A stretch of 43,954 nt of DNA from the NCBI GenBank assembly GCA_964590285.1, contig CAZPWK010000001.1:1-43954 (forward strand), written 5' to 3'. The DNA is from an uncultured Acidobacteriota bacterium. GTDB lineage: Bacteria > Acidobacteriota > Polarisedimenticolia > Polarisedimenticolales > JAIQFR01. Below, piece after piece: positions 1-8,035 of the stretch. A program made the position numbers and the translations under genes. Below the pieces are notes generated by a model that saw only the letters and a program-made list of their open reading frames with translations, was not told where the DNA came from and made no database searches. Positions within the stretch are counted from its first letter, which is position 1; each line of letters starts with the position of its first letter.

Positions 1-1029
1 CTCCGCCGCGAGAAGGGTCCGCGGCGCCGGCGGGGGGCCGCCCGAGGATCCCTGCGCCCGGCCCTCGGCGGGCCGGCCTCGCCCGCCGCTCTCCGCCCCC
101 TCGGTGGGGCGGAAGCGGAGCGCCGCGTTCGGGATCCGGAGCACGTCCCGCGCCGCCGCCACCTCGATCGTCACGTTCGCCGTCATCAGCGGCCTGAGCT
201 TCAGGTCGGGATTCGGGACCTCGACGATCACCGGATAGGTGATGACGTTCTGGTTGGACGTCGCGTTGAGACGGATCTGGGAGATCTCGGCGTGGAACTC
301 CTCCTCCGGGTACGCGTCGACGTTGAAGCGGACCGGCTGGCCGACCCGGACGCGCCCGATGTCGGACTGGTCCACCTCGGCCTGGACCTGCATCTTCGTC
401 AGGTCCTGCGCGATCGTGAACAGCGTCGGCGCCTGGAACGAGGCCGCGACCGTCTGGCCGACGTCGTACTGCCGCGCGACCACGACCCCGTCGATCGGGC
501 TGACGATCTTCGTGTACTCGAGGTTCGTCTCGGCCTGCCGGAGGGCCGCGGCGGACTGCTCGACCTGGGCCCGGGCCCCCTCGTAGGTCGCCTTCGCGGA
601 GTCGTAATCGGATTCCGGGGCGAGGCCCTCGCGCAGCAGCCGCTCCTGCCGCCGGAAGGAGATCTCGGCGTTCCGCATCTGGACCTCGTTCTGGAGGAGG
701 TCCGCGCGCCGCTGGGCGACGATCGTCTGGAAGCTGGTCGGGTCGAGCTCGGCGAGGAGCTGCCCCTTCCTCACCTCGCTGTTGAAGTCGGCGTGGAGGC
801 GGCTGATGATCCCGGAGACCTGGCTGCCGACCTGGACGGTGATCACCGCCGAGATCGAGCCGGTCGCGGTCACCGTCATCTTGACGTCGCCCCGGTCCGC
901 GACCTCGGTGCGGTACTTGTCTTCCCCGTTCCGCTCCCCGCGTCCCCAGTGCCAGTAGCCGGCGGCCGACGCGGCGGCCATGACGACGTCGGCCCCCACC
1001 CACCAACGGACACCCCTGCTCTTCGCCAT
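1..1029 (-). CDS. Efflux transporter periplasmic adaptor subunit (HlyD/membrane-fusion family, MacA-like). The C-terminus lies beyond the window start.
   Basis: Absent from the ORF track because there is no stop in the window. The reverse strand from ATG 1029..1027 is open to base 1. It reads MAKSRGVRWWVGADVVMAAASAAGYWHW (N-terminal anchor), then VTATGSISAVITVQVGSQVSGIISRLHADFNSEVRKGQLLAELDP, NLEYTKIVSPIDGVVVARQYDVGQTV, MQVQAEVDQSDIGRVRVGQPVRFNVDAYPEEEFHAEISQIRLNAT and NVITYPVIVEVPNPDLKLRPLMTANV. These are typical MFP lipoyl and beta-barrel blocks. Confidence 0.8.
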   Translation of the reverse strand, partial: MAKSRGVRWWVGADVVMAAASAAGYWHWGRGERNGEDKYRTEVADRGDVKMTVTATGSISAVITVQVGSQVSGIISRLHADFNSEVRKGQLLAELDPTSFQTIVAQRRADLLQNEVQMRNAEISFRRQERLLREGLAPESDYDSAKATYEGARAQVEQSAAALRQAETNLEYTKIVSPIDGVVVARQYDVGQTVAASFQAPTLFTIAQDLTKMQVQAEVDQSDIGRVRVGQPVRFNVDAYPEEEFHAEISQIRLNATSNQNVITYPVIVEVPNPDLKLRPLMTANVTIEVAAARDVLRIPNAALRFRPTEGAESGGRGRPAEGRAQGSSGGPPPAPRTLLAAE

Positions 1030-1178
1030 GGCCACCCTTGGGACGACGCGAGCGGGCCGCTCGTTTCTCGCCGCGCTTCCGTCCGCGCTCCGCGCCGCCG
1101 GACGGGGTATTCTTGCTCCCGGGGCGGAGCGCGGCAAGTGGGGACGAGCCGGCGCGATCCGCGCCCGGGGGGAGGATC

Positions 1179-2606
1179 GTGGACGCGACGATCTCGGCCG
1201 TGCTGGGAGTCCTCGCCGGGGGAGCGCTCGGGGGGCTCGCCGTGCGGCTCGCGAGGGCCAGCGCGGAGAGGGCGGCGGCGGCGCGCGCGGCCGACGAGGC
1301 CGCCGGGCTCCGGGCGCGGCTCGAGGAGAGGACCGCGCACGCGGCGCGCCTCGACGATGCGCTCGCGGAGCGGGCCCGCGCGGTCGAGGCGTTCCGGGCG
1401 GAGGCCGCGGCGGCGCGGGAGTCGCTGGCGAGGCTCGCGGCGGAGCTCGACGGCGAGCGCCGGTCGGCCGCGGAGAAGCTCGCCGTGATGGATCGCGCCG
1501 AGGCCGCTCTCCGGGACGCGTTCCGCTCGCTCTCCGCCGACGCGCTCCGGAGCAACAACGAGTCGTTCCTGCAGCTGGCGAAGGAGTCCCTCGAGGCGTT
1601 CCAGCAGTCCGCTCGGGAGGACCTCGCGGGGCGGCAGACGGCGATCGACGGCCTCCTCGCTCCGGTCCGGCAGGTTCTCGGGCAGATGGACGAGAAGCTC
1701 CAGGCCGTCGAGAAGGAGCGCGAGGGAGCGTATCGCGAGCTCCGGCAGCAGGTCGTCGCGCTGTCGTCGACGCAGGATCGGCTCAAGGACGAGACCGCGA
1801 ACTTGGTGCAAGCGCTTCGAGCCCCCTCGGTGAAGGGGCGGTGGGGGGAGATCCATCTCCGGCGCGTCGTCGAGCTCGCCGGCATGACGGACCGTTGCGA
1901 CTTCGAGGAGCAGGTGAGCGTCGACGTCGAAGAGGGGCGGTGGCGTCCCGACCTCGTCGTCCACCTGCCGGGCGGGAAGCAGATCGTCGTGGACGCGAAG
2001 GTCCCCCTCAAGGCCTATCTCGAGGCGCAGGAGGAGGCGGACGAGGACGCGCGGGAGGCCAAGCTCGCGGAACACGCGCGGCAGGTGCGGGCGCAGGTCG
2101 TCCATCTCGCGTCCAAGGCCTACTGGGACCGGTTCGAGGCGGCGCCGGACGTCGTGATCCTGTATCTCGCAGGCGAGTCCTTCCTGTCCGCGGCGATGCG
2201 GCGCGACCCGGACCTCCTGGAGTACGGATTCTCCCGGAACGTGATCCTCGCCAGCCCGGCGAACCTGATCCTGCTGCTGAAATCGGTCTACTACGGCTGG
2301 CAGCAGGAGAAGATCGCGGAGAGCGCGCAGAGGATCCGCGACCTCGGAGTCGAGCTCTTCGATCGCCTCTGCAAGATGGCCGATCACCTGAACCGGGTGG
2401 GCGACGGCCTGCGCCGCGCGGTGGAGGCCTTCAACGACGCCGCCGGGTCGTTCGAGCACCGCGTCCTGGTGTCGGCCCGGAAATTCAGGGACCTCGGCAC
2501 CGCGAGCTCCAAGGACCTCGAGGAGATCGAGCCCGTCGGCCAGACGGTGAGGGTCCTGGCTCCCGCTCAGGAAGACGCCCCGGAGAGTCCCGAGGGCGGA
2601 GGGTAG
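1179..2606 (+). CDS. rmuC: DNA recombination protein RmuC
   Basis: Part of ORF 1038..2606. An N-terminal hydrophobic helix and Ala/Arg coiled coil are followed by RmuC nuclease-like blocks: RPDLVVHLPGGKQIVVDAKVPLKAYLEA, DVVILYLAGESFLSAAM, NVILASPANLILLLKSV. I trimmed the start to in-frame GTG 1179, which sits 3 nt after GGAGG (1171-1175). The ATG 1038 alternative adds an Arg/Pro-rich leader. Confidence 0.85.
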   Translation: MDATISAVLGVLAGGALGGLAVRLARASAERAAAARAADEAAGLRARLEERTAHAARLDDALAERARAVEAFRAEAAAARESLARLAAELDGERRSAAEKLAVMDRAEAALRDAFRSLSADALRSNNESFLQLAKESLEAFQQSAREDLAGRQTAIDGLLAPVRQVLGQMDEKLQAVEKEREGAYRELRQQVVALSSTQDRLKDETANLVQALRAPSVKGRWGEIHLRRVVELAGMTDRCDFEEQVSVDVEEGRWRPDLVVHLPGGKQIVVDAKVPLKAYLEAQEEADEDAREAKLAEHARQVRAQVVHLASKAYWDRFEAAPDVVILYLAGESFLSAAMRRDPDLLEYGFSRNVILASPANLILLLKSVYYGWQQEKIAESAQRIRDLGVELFDRLCKMADHLNRVGDGLRRAVEAFNDAAGSFEHRVLVSARKFRDLGTASSKDLEEIEPVGQTVRVLAPAQEDAPESPEGGG

Positions 2607-2612
2607 GAGAGA

Positions 2613-2622
2613 GGGGGGGGGG
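2613..2622 (+). repeat. G10 homopolymer inside the Shine-Dalgarno/spacer region of the methyltransferase gene
   Basis: Direct reading gives TAG-GAGAGA-GGGGGGGGGG-AGCGGG-ATG. The run spans 2613-2622, between the rmuC stop (2604-2606) and ATG 2629. Confidence 0.9.
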
Positions 2623-2628
2623 AGCGGG

Positions 2629-3429
2629 ATGGGTCGCCCTGGCCTCGAGGACTCCTCCCGGGTCCGCTTCGTGCTCGTCGGCCCGCAGTCCGCGGGGAAC
2701 GTCGGCGCCTCGGCGCGGGCGCTCAAGAACCTGGGCTTCGGGCGGCTCGAGCTCGTCGCCCCCGAGTGCGACCCGCTCTCCGAGGAGGCGCGGCGGATGG
2801 CGGTCGGGGCGGCGGACGTCCTCGAGGCCGCGCGCGTCCATCCGGACCTCGACTCCGCCCTCGACGGGGCGGCCACCGTGCTCGGGACCAGCCGGCGCGG
2901 CGGGAAGCAGCGGCGCCCGAACTACCGGCTCGACGAGATCGCCCCGCGTCTTCCCGGCTTCGTCGCGGCGGGCGACGCCGCCTTCGTGTTCGGACGGGAG
3001 CACGCGGGGCTCACGGAGGCCGAGCTCGACCGGTGCACGCATCTCGTCCGCTTCGCCGCGGCGGCGGAGCACGGCTCGTTCAACCTCGCCCAGGCGGTGC
3101 TCCTGGCGGCCTACACGACGCGGCTCGCCCTCGAAGGGCCCCCGCGCGCGCGGGCGACCGAGCCCCTCGCGGACCACGGGTCCCGGGAGATCGCGTACCG
3201 GCACCTCGAGGCCGCGCTCTCGGCCTGCGGGTTCCTCAAGCAGGACACGTCCGCCGGCATGATGCGCCGTCTGCGGCGGGTCTTCGGCCGGGCGGAGCTC
3301 TCGCCGGGCGACGTCAAGATCCTCCGCGGGATCGCGCGCCAGGTCCTCTGGCTCGCGCGCGAGGCCGGTCTCCCCCTCGCGGAAGCGAAGGATTCGCGGC
3401 CCCGCTCCCGCCCGCGAGGCCGAGCGTGA
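2629..3429 (+). CDS. trmJ: SpoU/TrmH-class RNA 2'-O-methyltransferase, TrmJ-like
   Basis: ORF 2629..3429. The three SPOUT motifs are present: RFVLVGPQSAGNVGASARALKNLGF, AFVFGREHAGLTEAEL, SFNLAQAVLLAAY. The length and C-terminal extension are TrmJ-like. Confidence 0.75.
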   Translation: MGRPGLEDSSRVRFVLVGPQSAGNVGASARALKNLGFGRLELVAPECDPLSEEARRMAVGAADVLEAARVHPDLDSALDGAATVLGTSRRGGKQRRPNYRLDEIAPRLPGFVAAGDAAFVFGREHAGLTEAELDRCTHLVRFAAAAEHGSFNLAQAVLLAAYTTRLALEGPPRARATEPLADHGSREIAYRHLEAALSACGFLKQDTSAGMMRRLRRVFGRAELSPGDVKILRGIARQVLWLAREAGLPLAEAKDSRPRSRPRGRA

Positions 3430-4460
3430 CGCCCGCGGATCTCGCCCGGGAGGTCCGGGCGCGCGCCCTCTCCCTCGGCTTCGACCTCGTCGGCGTGGCC
3501 CGCGCGGAGGGGATCGGCCGCGACGCCCTCGCGCTCGACCGCTGGCTCGATCGGGGCCTTCACGCCTCGATGGGGTGGATGGAGCGCACGCGCGGGGAGC
3601 GCGCGAACCCCGGCGCGGTCGTCGAGGGCTGCCGCAGCGTCGTCTGCGTCGCGGTCGGCTACTGGCCGGGCCGCGAGGCCGCCGTGGTCCCCGCCGGGCG
3701 GGCGCGGGTGACGCTCTACGCCCGCGGGCGCGACTACCACGAGGTCGTCGGGGCGCGCCTTCGCGATCTCGCCGGCTGGATCGAGGCCGCCACCGGGCTC
3801 CCCGTGCGCGCCTGCGTGGACGCGGCGCCGGTGCTCGAGCGCGCGTGGGCCGAGCGCGCGGGCCTGGGCTGGATCGGGAAGAGCTCGAACCTGATCACCC
3901 GCGCGCTGGGCTCCTGGGTCGTCCTGGGAGAGATCCTGTGCGCCGCCGAGATCGAGCCGTCGCCCGGGCCGCATCCGGATCTCTGCGGGAGCTGCGCGGC
4001 TTGCATCGACGCCTGCCCCGCCGGGGCGATCCTCGAGCCGGGAGTGGTCGACGCGGGGCGATGCGTGTCGTACTGGACGATCGAGCACCGCGGGGACGTG
4101 CCCGAGGATCGCAGGGAGAGGAACGGAGCGTGGATCTTCGGCTGCGACGAGTGCCAGGACGCCTGCCCGTGGAGCCGGCGCGCGGAGGACCGGGCTGCGG
4201 CCGATCCGTTCGCCGTGCGCGAGGACCTCCGGGGCCTCGATCCGGTCGAGGTCCTCGCCATGGACGAGGCCGCGTTCCGGAGCCGGTTCTCGGGGACGCC
4301 GCTTATGAGGGCACGCAGGGAGGGGATGCGCAGGAACGCCTGCATCGTCCTCGGCGCCTCCCGCGAGGAGCGGGCGGTCGAGGCGCTCCGGCGCGCCCTC
4401 GAGGACGAGGATCCGGTCGTGCGGTCCCACGCGGCGTGGGCCCTCGCCCGGACCGGATGA
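3426..4460 (+). CDS. queG: Epoxyqueuosine reductase QueG
   Basis: This is the last 344 codons of ORF 2766..4460. GTG 3426 overlaps the upstream stop (GTGA). Motifs seen: GLGWIGKSSNLIT, the ferredoxin-type clusters CGSCAACIDACP and CDECQDACPW, and a HEAT-like tail DPVVRSHAAWAL. Confidence 0.85.
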   Translation: MTPADLAREVRARALSLGFDLVGVARAEGIGRDALALDRWLDRGLHASMGWMERTRGERANPGAVVEGCRSVVCVAVGYWPGREAAVVPAGRARVTLYARGRDYHEVVGARLRDLAGWIEAATGLPVRACVDAAPVLERAWAERAGLGWIGKSSNLITRALGSWVVLGEILCAAEIEPSPGPHPDLCGSCAACIDACPAGAILEPGVVDAGRCVSYWTIEHRGDVPEDRRERNGAWIFGCDECQDACPWSRRAEDRAAADPFAVREDLRGLDPVEVLAMDEAAFRSRFSGTPLMRARREGMRRNACIVLGASREERAVEALRRALEDEDPVVRSHAAWALARTG

Positions 4461-4569
4461 ATCCGCCCGGATTCCGACCGATCCGCCGTTCGCTGGCCCG
4501 GCCCCGGGCAGGACCCTATATTCCGGGCGGGGGCGGATCTCGGTAGGCCGGTCGCCGCAAGGGGGCGTC

Positions 4570-4941
4570 ATGGCGATCGCGAGGAGGTACACCGGCGCCC
4601 CCGCGGGCGCCGGGTCGCGGATCATCCACAGGGCGAAGGCGCGCCTCCTCGTCCGGTACGGCATCACCGTCCTCGATCGGACCGCCGTCACGAAGAACAT
4701 CTCCGAATCCGGAGTGTTCCTGCGCACGAACCATCCGTACCGCCCGAGCACCACCGTGCAGCTCTGCGTCCACTTCCCCGACCGCACGTTCCACTTCTGG
4801 GGGCGCGTGGTCTGGGCCAAGCAGGTGCCGGCGCAGCTCGCCCACATCCTGGACTGCGGCATGGGGATCTGCTTCATCGAGCCGTCCGCCGAGTGGGTCG
4901 ACTTCTACTCCGAGTGGAAGAAGCGGTACGGCCTCTCCTGA
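4570..4941 (+). CDS. PilZ domain protein (putative c-di-GMP receptor)
   Basis: ORF 4570..4941, 123 aa. It carries RIIHR (RxxxR), and 22 residues later NISESG ([DN]xSxxG). This is the bipartite PilZ c-di-GMP-binding signature. Amino-acid composition is normal. Confidence 0.7.
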   Translation: MAIARRYTGAPAGAGSRIIHRAKARLLVRYGITVLDRTAVTKNISESGVFLRTNHPYRPSTTVQLCVHFPDRTFHFWGRVVWAKQVPAQLAHILDCGMGICFIEPSAEWVDFYSEWKKRYGLS

Positions 4942-5046
4942 CGGCGGGTCCTCGGAGAGGCTGCCCGGCCATAGCTATTGCAATTTCAGACGGTTGCGGG
5001 AACCCGGGTTTCCGGAGCCGGTGGCGCGAGGTGGCGCCCGCCGAAA

Positions 5047-5062
5047 CCACAATATATGGTGT
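5047..5062 (+). promoter_or_regulatory. NrdR box (repressor operator) upstream of nrdJ
   Basis: CCACAATATATGGTGT matches the 16-bp NrdR palindrome (approximately ACACwATATATwGTGT) at 14/16 positions. It lies in a roughly 40% GC trough about 210 nt upstream of the RNR start. Confidence 0.55.
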
Positions 5063-5078
5063 CTAGGTCCCTAAAAGG

Positions 5079-5094
5079 ATTCAACATTTAGTAG
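5079..5094 (+). promoter_or_regulatory. Possible second, degenerate NrdR box
   Basis: ATTCAACATTTAGTAG matches the same consensus at about 10/16 positions. It starts 32 bp after box 1, which is the usual tandem-box phasing. Confidence 0.3.
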
Positions 5095-5112
5095 GTCGAT
5101 CCGATTTCGAGC

Positions 5113-5141
5113 TTGACAACCGCGCGGCGTGTTGGTAAACC
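5113..5141 (+). promoter_or_regulatory. Putative sigma70-type promoter of nrdJ
   Basis: TTGACA (5113-5118), a 17-nt spacer, then TGgTAAACC (extended -10; hexamer 5136-5141). This would give a leader of about 125 nt. Confidence 0.35.
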
Positions 5142-5269
5142 TGGCCGCGCTCTTTCGCCAGGAGCGAGAACGGGGGGCCAGGCGGCGATTCCAGAAACGA
5201 TTGGACGGCTCGACGGCGCGCTAGCCGGGCCCCGGAGCGCGCGGCCGGCCGGTGTTGGAGGACGCTCCG

Positions 5270-8035
5270 ATGCTGCATCCCGATCCGAGGCTCCCCGAGG
5301 AAGACCGTCCCGCTCACTCCTCGCCCGAGGGCTCGGGTCCGGGCCCCGAGCGGCCGGCGGCCCCGAGGGACGGGCTCCGGATTCCCCGCCGCTTCACGCG
5401 CCCGGGCGCGCATCCCTACGACGAGGTCGAGTGGGAGCTGCGCGACGCCGTGATCGCGAACGAGAAGGGGGAGACCTCCTTCGAGCAGCGCGGGGTCGAG
5501 GTCCCCAAGTCCTGGTCGCAGCTCGCGACGAACGTGGTCGCGCAGAAGTACTTCCGCGGGCAGTTGGGAACGCCGGAGCGGGAGCCCACCGTCCGCCAGC
5601 TCCTCGACCGCGTCGTTCGGGCCGCCGTCCGCTGGGGCGGGCAGGGCGGCTACTTCGCCGCCGAGGAGGACGCGGAGGCGTTCGAGGCGGAGCTGACGTA
5701 CCTGCTCCTGCACCAGATGGTGTCGTTCAACTCGCCGGTCTGGTTCAACTGCGGCGTCGAGGAGCACCCGCAGGTGTCCGCCTGCTTCATCAACTCGGTC
5801 CAGGACACGATGCCGTCGATCCTCGGCCTCGCCAAGACGGAGGGGATGCTCTTCAAGTACGGCTCCGGAACCGGCTCGAACCTCTCCACGCTCCGCTCGA
5901 ACCGGGAGCCGCTCGCGGGCGGGGGCACGGCCTCCGGCCCGGTCTCGTTCATGAAGGGGTACGACGCCTTCGCCGGCGTGATCAAGTCGGGAGGGAAGAC
6001 GCGGCGGGCGGCCAAGATGGTGATCCTCAACGCCGACCACCCGGACATCGAGGAGTTCGTCCTCTGCAAGGCCGAGGAGGAGAAGAAGGCCTGGGCCCTG
6101 ATCGACGCCGGCTACTCGGGGGAGTTCAACGTGCACGGCGGAGCGTACGACTCCGTGTTCTTCCAGAACGCGAACCACTCGGTCCGCGTCACGGACGAGT
6201 TCATGCGCGCGGTGCTGAGCGACGGCGAGTGGCAGACCCGCGCCGTGACGACCGGAAGGGTGATGGGAACGTACCGGGCCGGGAGCCTGATGCGGCAGAT
6301 GGCGGAAGCGGCCTGGATCTGCGGGGACCCCGGCATCCAGTTCGACACGACGATCAACGCCTGGCACACCTGTCCGAACACGGCGCGGATCAACGCGTCG
6401 AATCCCTGCTCCGAGTACATGTTCCTCGACGATTCCGCGTGCAACCTCGCCTCGCTGAACCTCATGAGGTTCCGCCGGCCCGACGGCGAGTTCGACCACG
6501 AGGCGTTCCGGCACGCGGTCGCCGTGACGATCACCGCGATGGAGATCTGGGTGGACGCCGCCTCCTACCCGACCGAGGCGATCGACCGCAACTCGCGCGA
6601 GTACCGGCCGCTCGGCCTGGGGTACGCGAATCTCGGCGCGCTCCTCATGTCCCGGGGGCTTCCCTACGACTCGGACGCGGGGCGCGCGTACGCGGCGGCG
6701 ATCACGGCGCTCCTGTGCGGGCACGCGTACGCGACGAGCGCCCGCATGGGCGCCCGCGTCGGCCCGTTCCCCGGCTACGAGCGGAACCGGGAGCCGTTCC
6801 TCGCCGTGATGCGGAAGCACCAGGCCCACGCCGACGGAATCGACCCGAGGCTCGTCCCCTCGGACCTGCTGTCCGCGGCGCGCAGCGCGTGGGCCGACGT
6901 CGTGACGCTCGGCACCGAGCACGGATTCCGGAACGCCCAGGCCACGGTGCTGGCGCCGACCGGGACGATCGCCTTCATGATGGACTGCGACACGACCGGG
7001 ATCGAGCCCGACCTGGCGCTCGTGAAGTACAAGAAGCTCGTCGGCGGCGGGGTGTTCAAGATCGTGAACAACACGGTCCCGCTCGCGCTCCGGAAGCTCG
7101 GCTACGAGCACGACGCGATCCAGCGGATCCTCGACGACATCAACGGGCGCGACACGATCGAGGGCGCGGCGGACCTGCTGCCGGAGCACCTCCCGGTCTT
7201 CGACTGCGCCTTCCGGCCGCAGAGCGGCGAGCGCTCGATCCACTACATGGGCCACGTGAAGATGATGGCGGCGGTGCAGCCGTTCATCTCGGGGGCGATC
7301 TCGAAGACGGTCAACATGCCCACGACGGCCGCGGTCGAGGAGGTCGAGCGGACGTACGTCGAGGCCTGGAAGCTGGGTCTCAAGGCGATCGCGATCTACC
7401 GCGACGGCTGCAAGAGGACCCAGCCCCTCTCCGCCGGCAAGGAGAAGGCGCCCGACCGGGCGACCGCAGCGGCGACGGCGACGCTCCTCAAGAGGCGCAA
7501 GCTGCCCGACACCCGCCGCTCGATCACGCACAAGTTCTCGGTCGCCGGCTTCGAGGGGTACATCACGGCGGGTCTGTACGACGACGGCCAGCCCGGCGAG
7601 ATCTTCATCACGCTGGGGAAGGGCGGCTCGACGCTCGCCGGCTTCGCGGACGCCTTCGCCACCGCGATCTCGTTCGCGCTCCAGTACGGGGTCGAGCTCC
7701 GGTTCCTGGTGGACAAGTTCACCCACGTGCGGTTCGAGCCCTCGGGCTTCACGGGGAACAAGGACATCCCGATCGCCCAGTCGATCGTGGACTACGTGTT
7801 CCGATGGGTCGCGCTCCAGTTCCTTCCCAAGGAGGAGCAGCCCGCCCGCGCCTCCGTCATCAACGGGACCGACATCGAGCCGGAGGGGCCTCGCCGGGCC
7901 CTCGAGGAGCGCGAGCACGAGGTGTTCGTCCGGCAGGCCGACGCGCCGCCTTGCTCCGACTGCGGGCAGATCATGGTGAGGAACGGCGCCTGCTACGTCT
8001 GCGTCAACTGCGGCGCGACGAGCGGGTGCTCGTAG
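5270..8035 (+). CDS. nrdJ: Adenosylcobalamin-dependent ribonucleoside-diphosphate/triphosphate reductase (class II RNR)
   Basis: Part of ORF 5252..8035. I prefer ATG 5270, which sits 7 nt after GGAGGA (5257-5262). Motifs seen: VSFNSPVWFNCG, SACFINSV, LFKYGSGTGSNLS, NPCSEYMFLDDSACNLASLNL, TVLAPTGTIAF, ISKTVNMP, and a C-terminal CSDCG...CYVCVNCG zinc ribbon. Confidence 0.9.
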   Translation: MLHPDPRLPEEDRPAHSSPEGSGPGPERPAAPRDGLRIPRRFTRPGAHPYDEVEWELRDAVIANEKGETSFEQRGVEVPKSWSQLATNVVAQKYFRGQLGTPEREPTVRQLLDRVVRAAVRWGGQGGYFAAEEDAEAFEAELTYLLLHQMVSFNSPVWFNCGVEEHPQVSACFINSVQDTMPSILGLAKTEGMLFKYGSGTGSNLSTLRSNREPLAGGGTASGPVSFMKGYDAFAGVIKSGGKTRRAAKMVILNADHPDIEEFVLCKAEEEKKAWALIDAGYSGEFNVHGGAYDSVFFQNANHSVRVTDEFMRAVLSDGEWQTRAVTTGRVMGTYRAGSLMRQMAEAAWICGDPGIQFDTTINAWHTCPNTARINASNPCSEYMFLDDSACNLASLNLMRFRRPDGEFDHEAFRHAVAVTITAMEIWVDAASYPTEAIDRNSREYRPLGLGYANLGALLMSRGLPYDSDAGRAYAAAITALLCGHAYATSARMGARVGPFPGYERNREPFLAVMRKHQAHADGIDPRLVPSDLLSAARSAWADVVTLGTEHGFRNAQATVLAPTGTIAFMMDCDTTGIEPDLALVKYKKLVGGGVFKIVNNTVPLALRKLGYEHDAIQRILDDINGRDTIEGAADLLPEHLPVFDCAFRPQSGERSIHYMGHVKMMAAVQPFISGAISKTVNMPTTAAVEEVERTYVEAWKLGLKAIAIYRDGCKRTQPLSAGKEKAPDRATAAATATLLKRRKLPDTRRSITHKFSVAGFEGYITAGLYDDGQPGEIFITLGKGGSTLAGFADAFATAISFALQYGVELRFLVDKFTHVRFEPSGFTGNKDIPIAQSIVDYVFRWVALQFLPKEEQPARASVINGTDIEPEGPRRALEEREHEVFVRQADAPPCSDCGQIMVRNGACYVCVNCGATSGCS

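Noticed and set aside
876-3262. ORFs 876..2876 (-), 980..3262 (+), 292..1488 (+) and 2485..3204 (-), all overlapping rmuC or trmJ.
   Set aside because: They have Arg/Gly/Pro-rich composition and no motifs, and they conflict with RmuC, SPOUT and MFP genes that have clear signatures.
5142-5269. A possible cobalamin (or other) riboswitch in the nrdJ leader of about 125 nt.
   Set aside because: I found no B12-box-like element (GCCACTG-type core) and none of the conserved GGTG...AATCC-type segments. Cobalamin riboswitches also normally control B12-independent isozymes or B12 uptake genes, not the B12-dependent RNR. A covariance-model scan would settle this.
5270-8035. An intein or other insertion in nrdJ, considered because the ORF exceeds 900 aa.
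   Set aside because: The conserved RNR blocks follow one another without an interrupting segment that carries intein-like splice-junction blocks. The length is within the range of class II RNRs that have N-terminal extensions and a C-terminal zinc ribbon.
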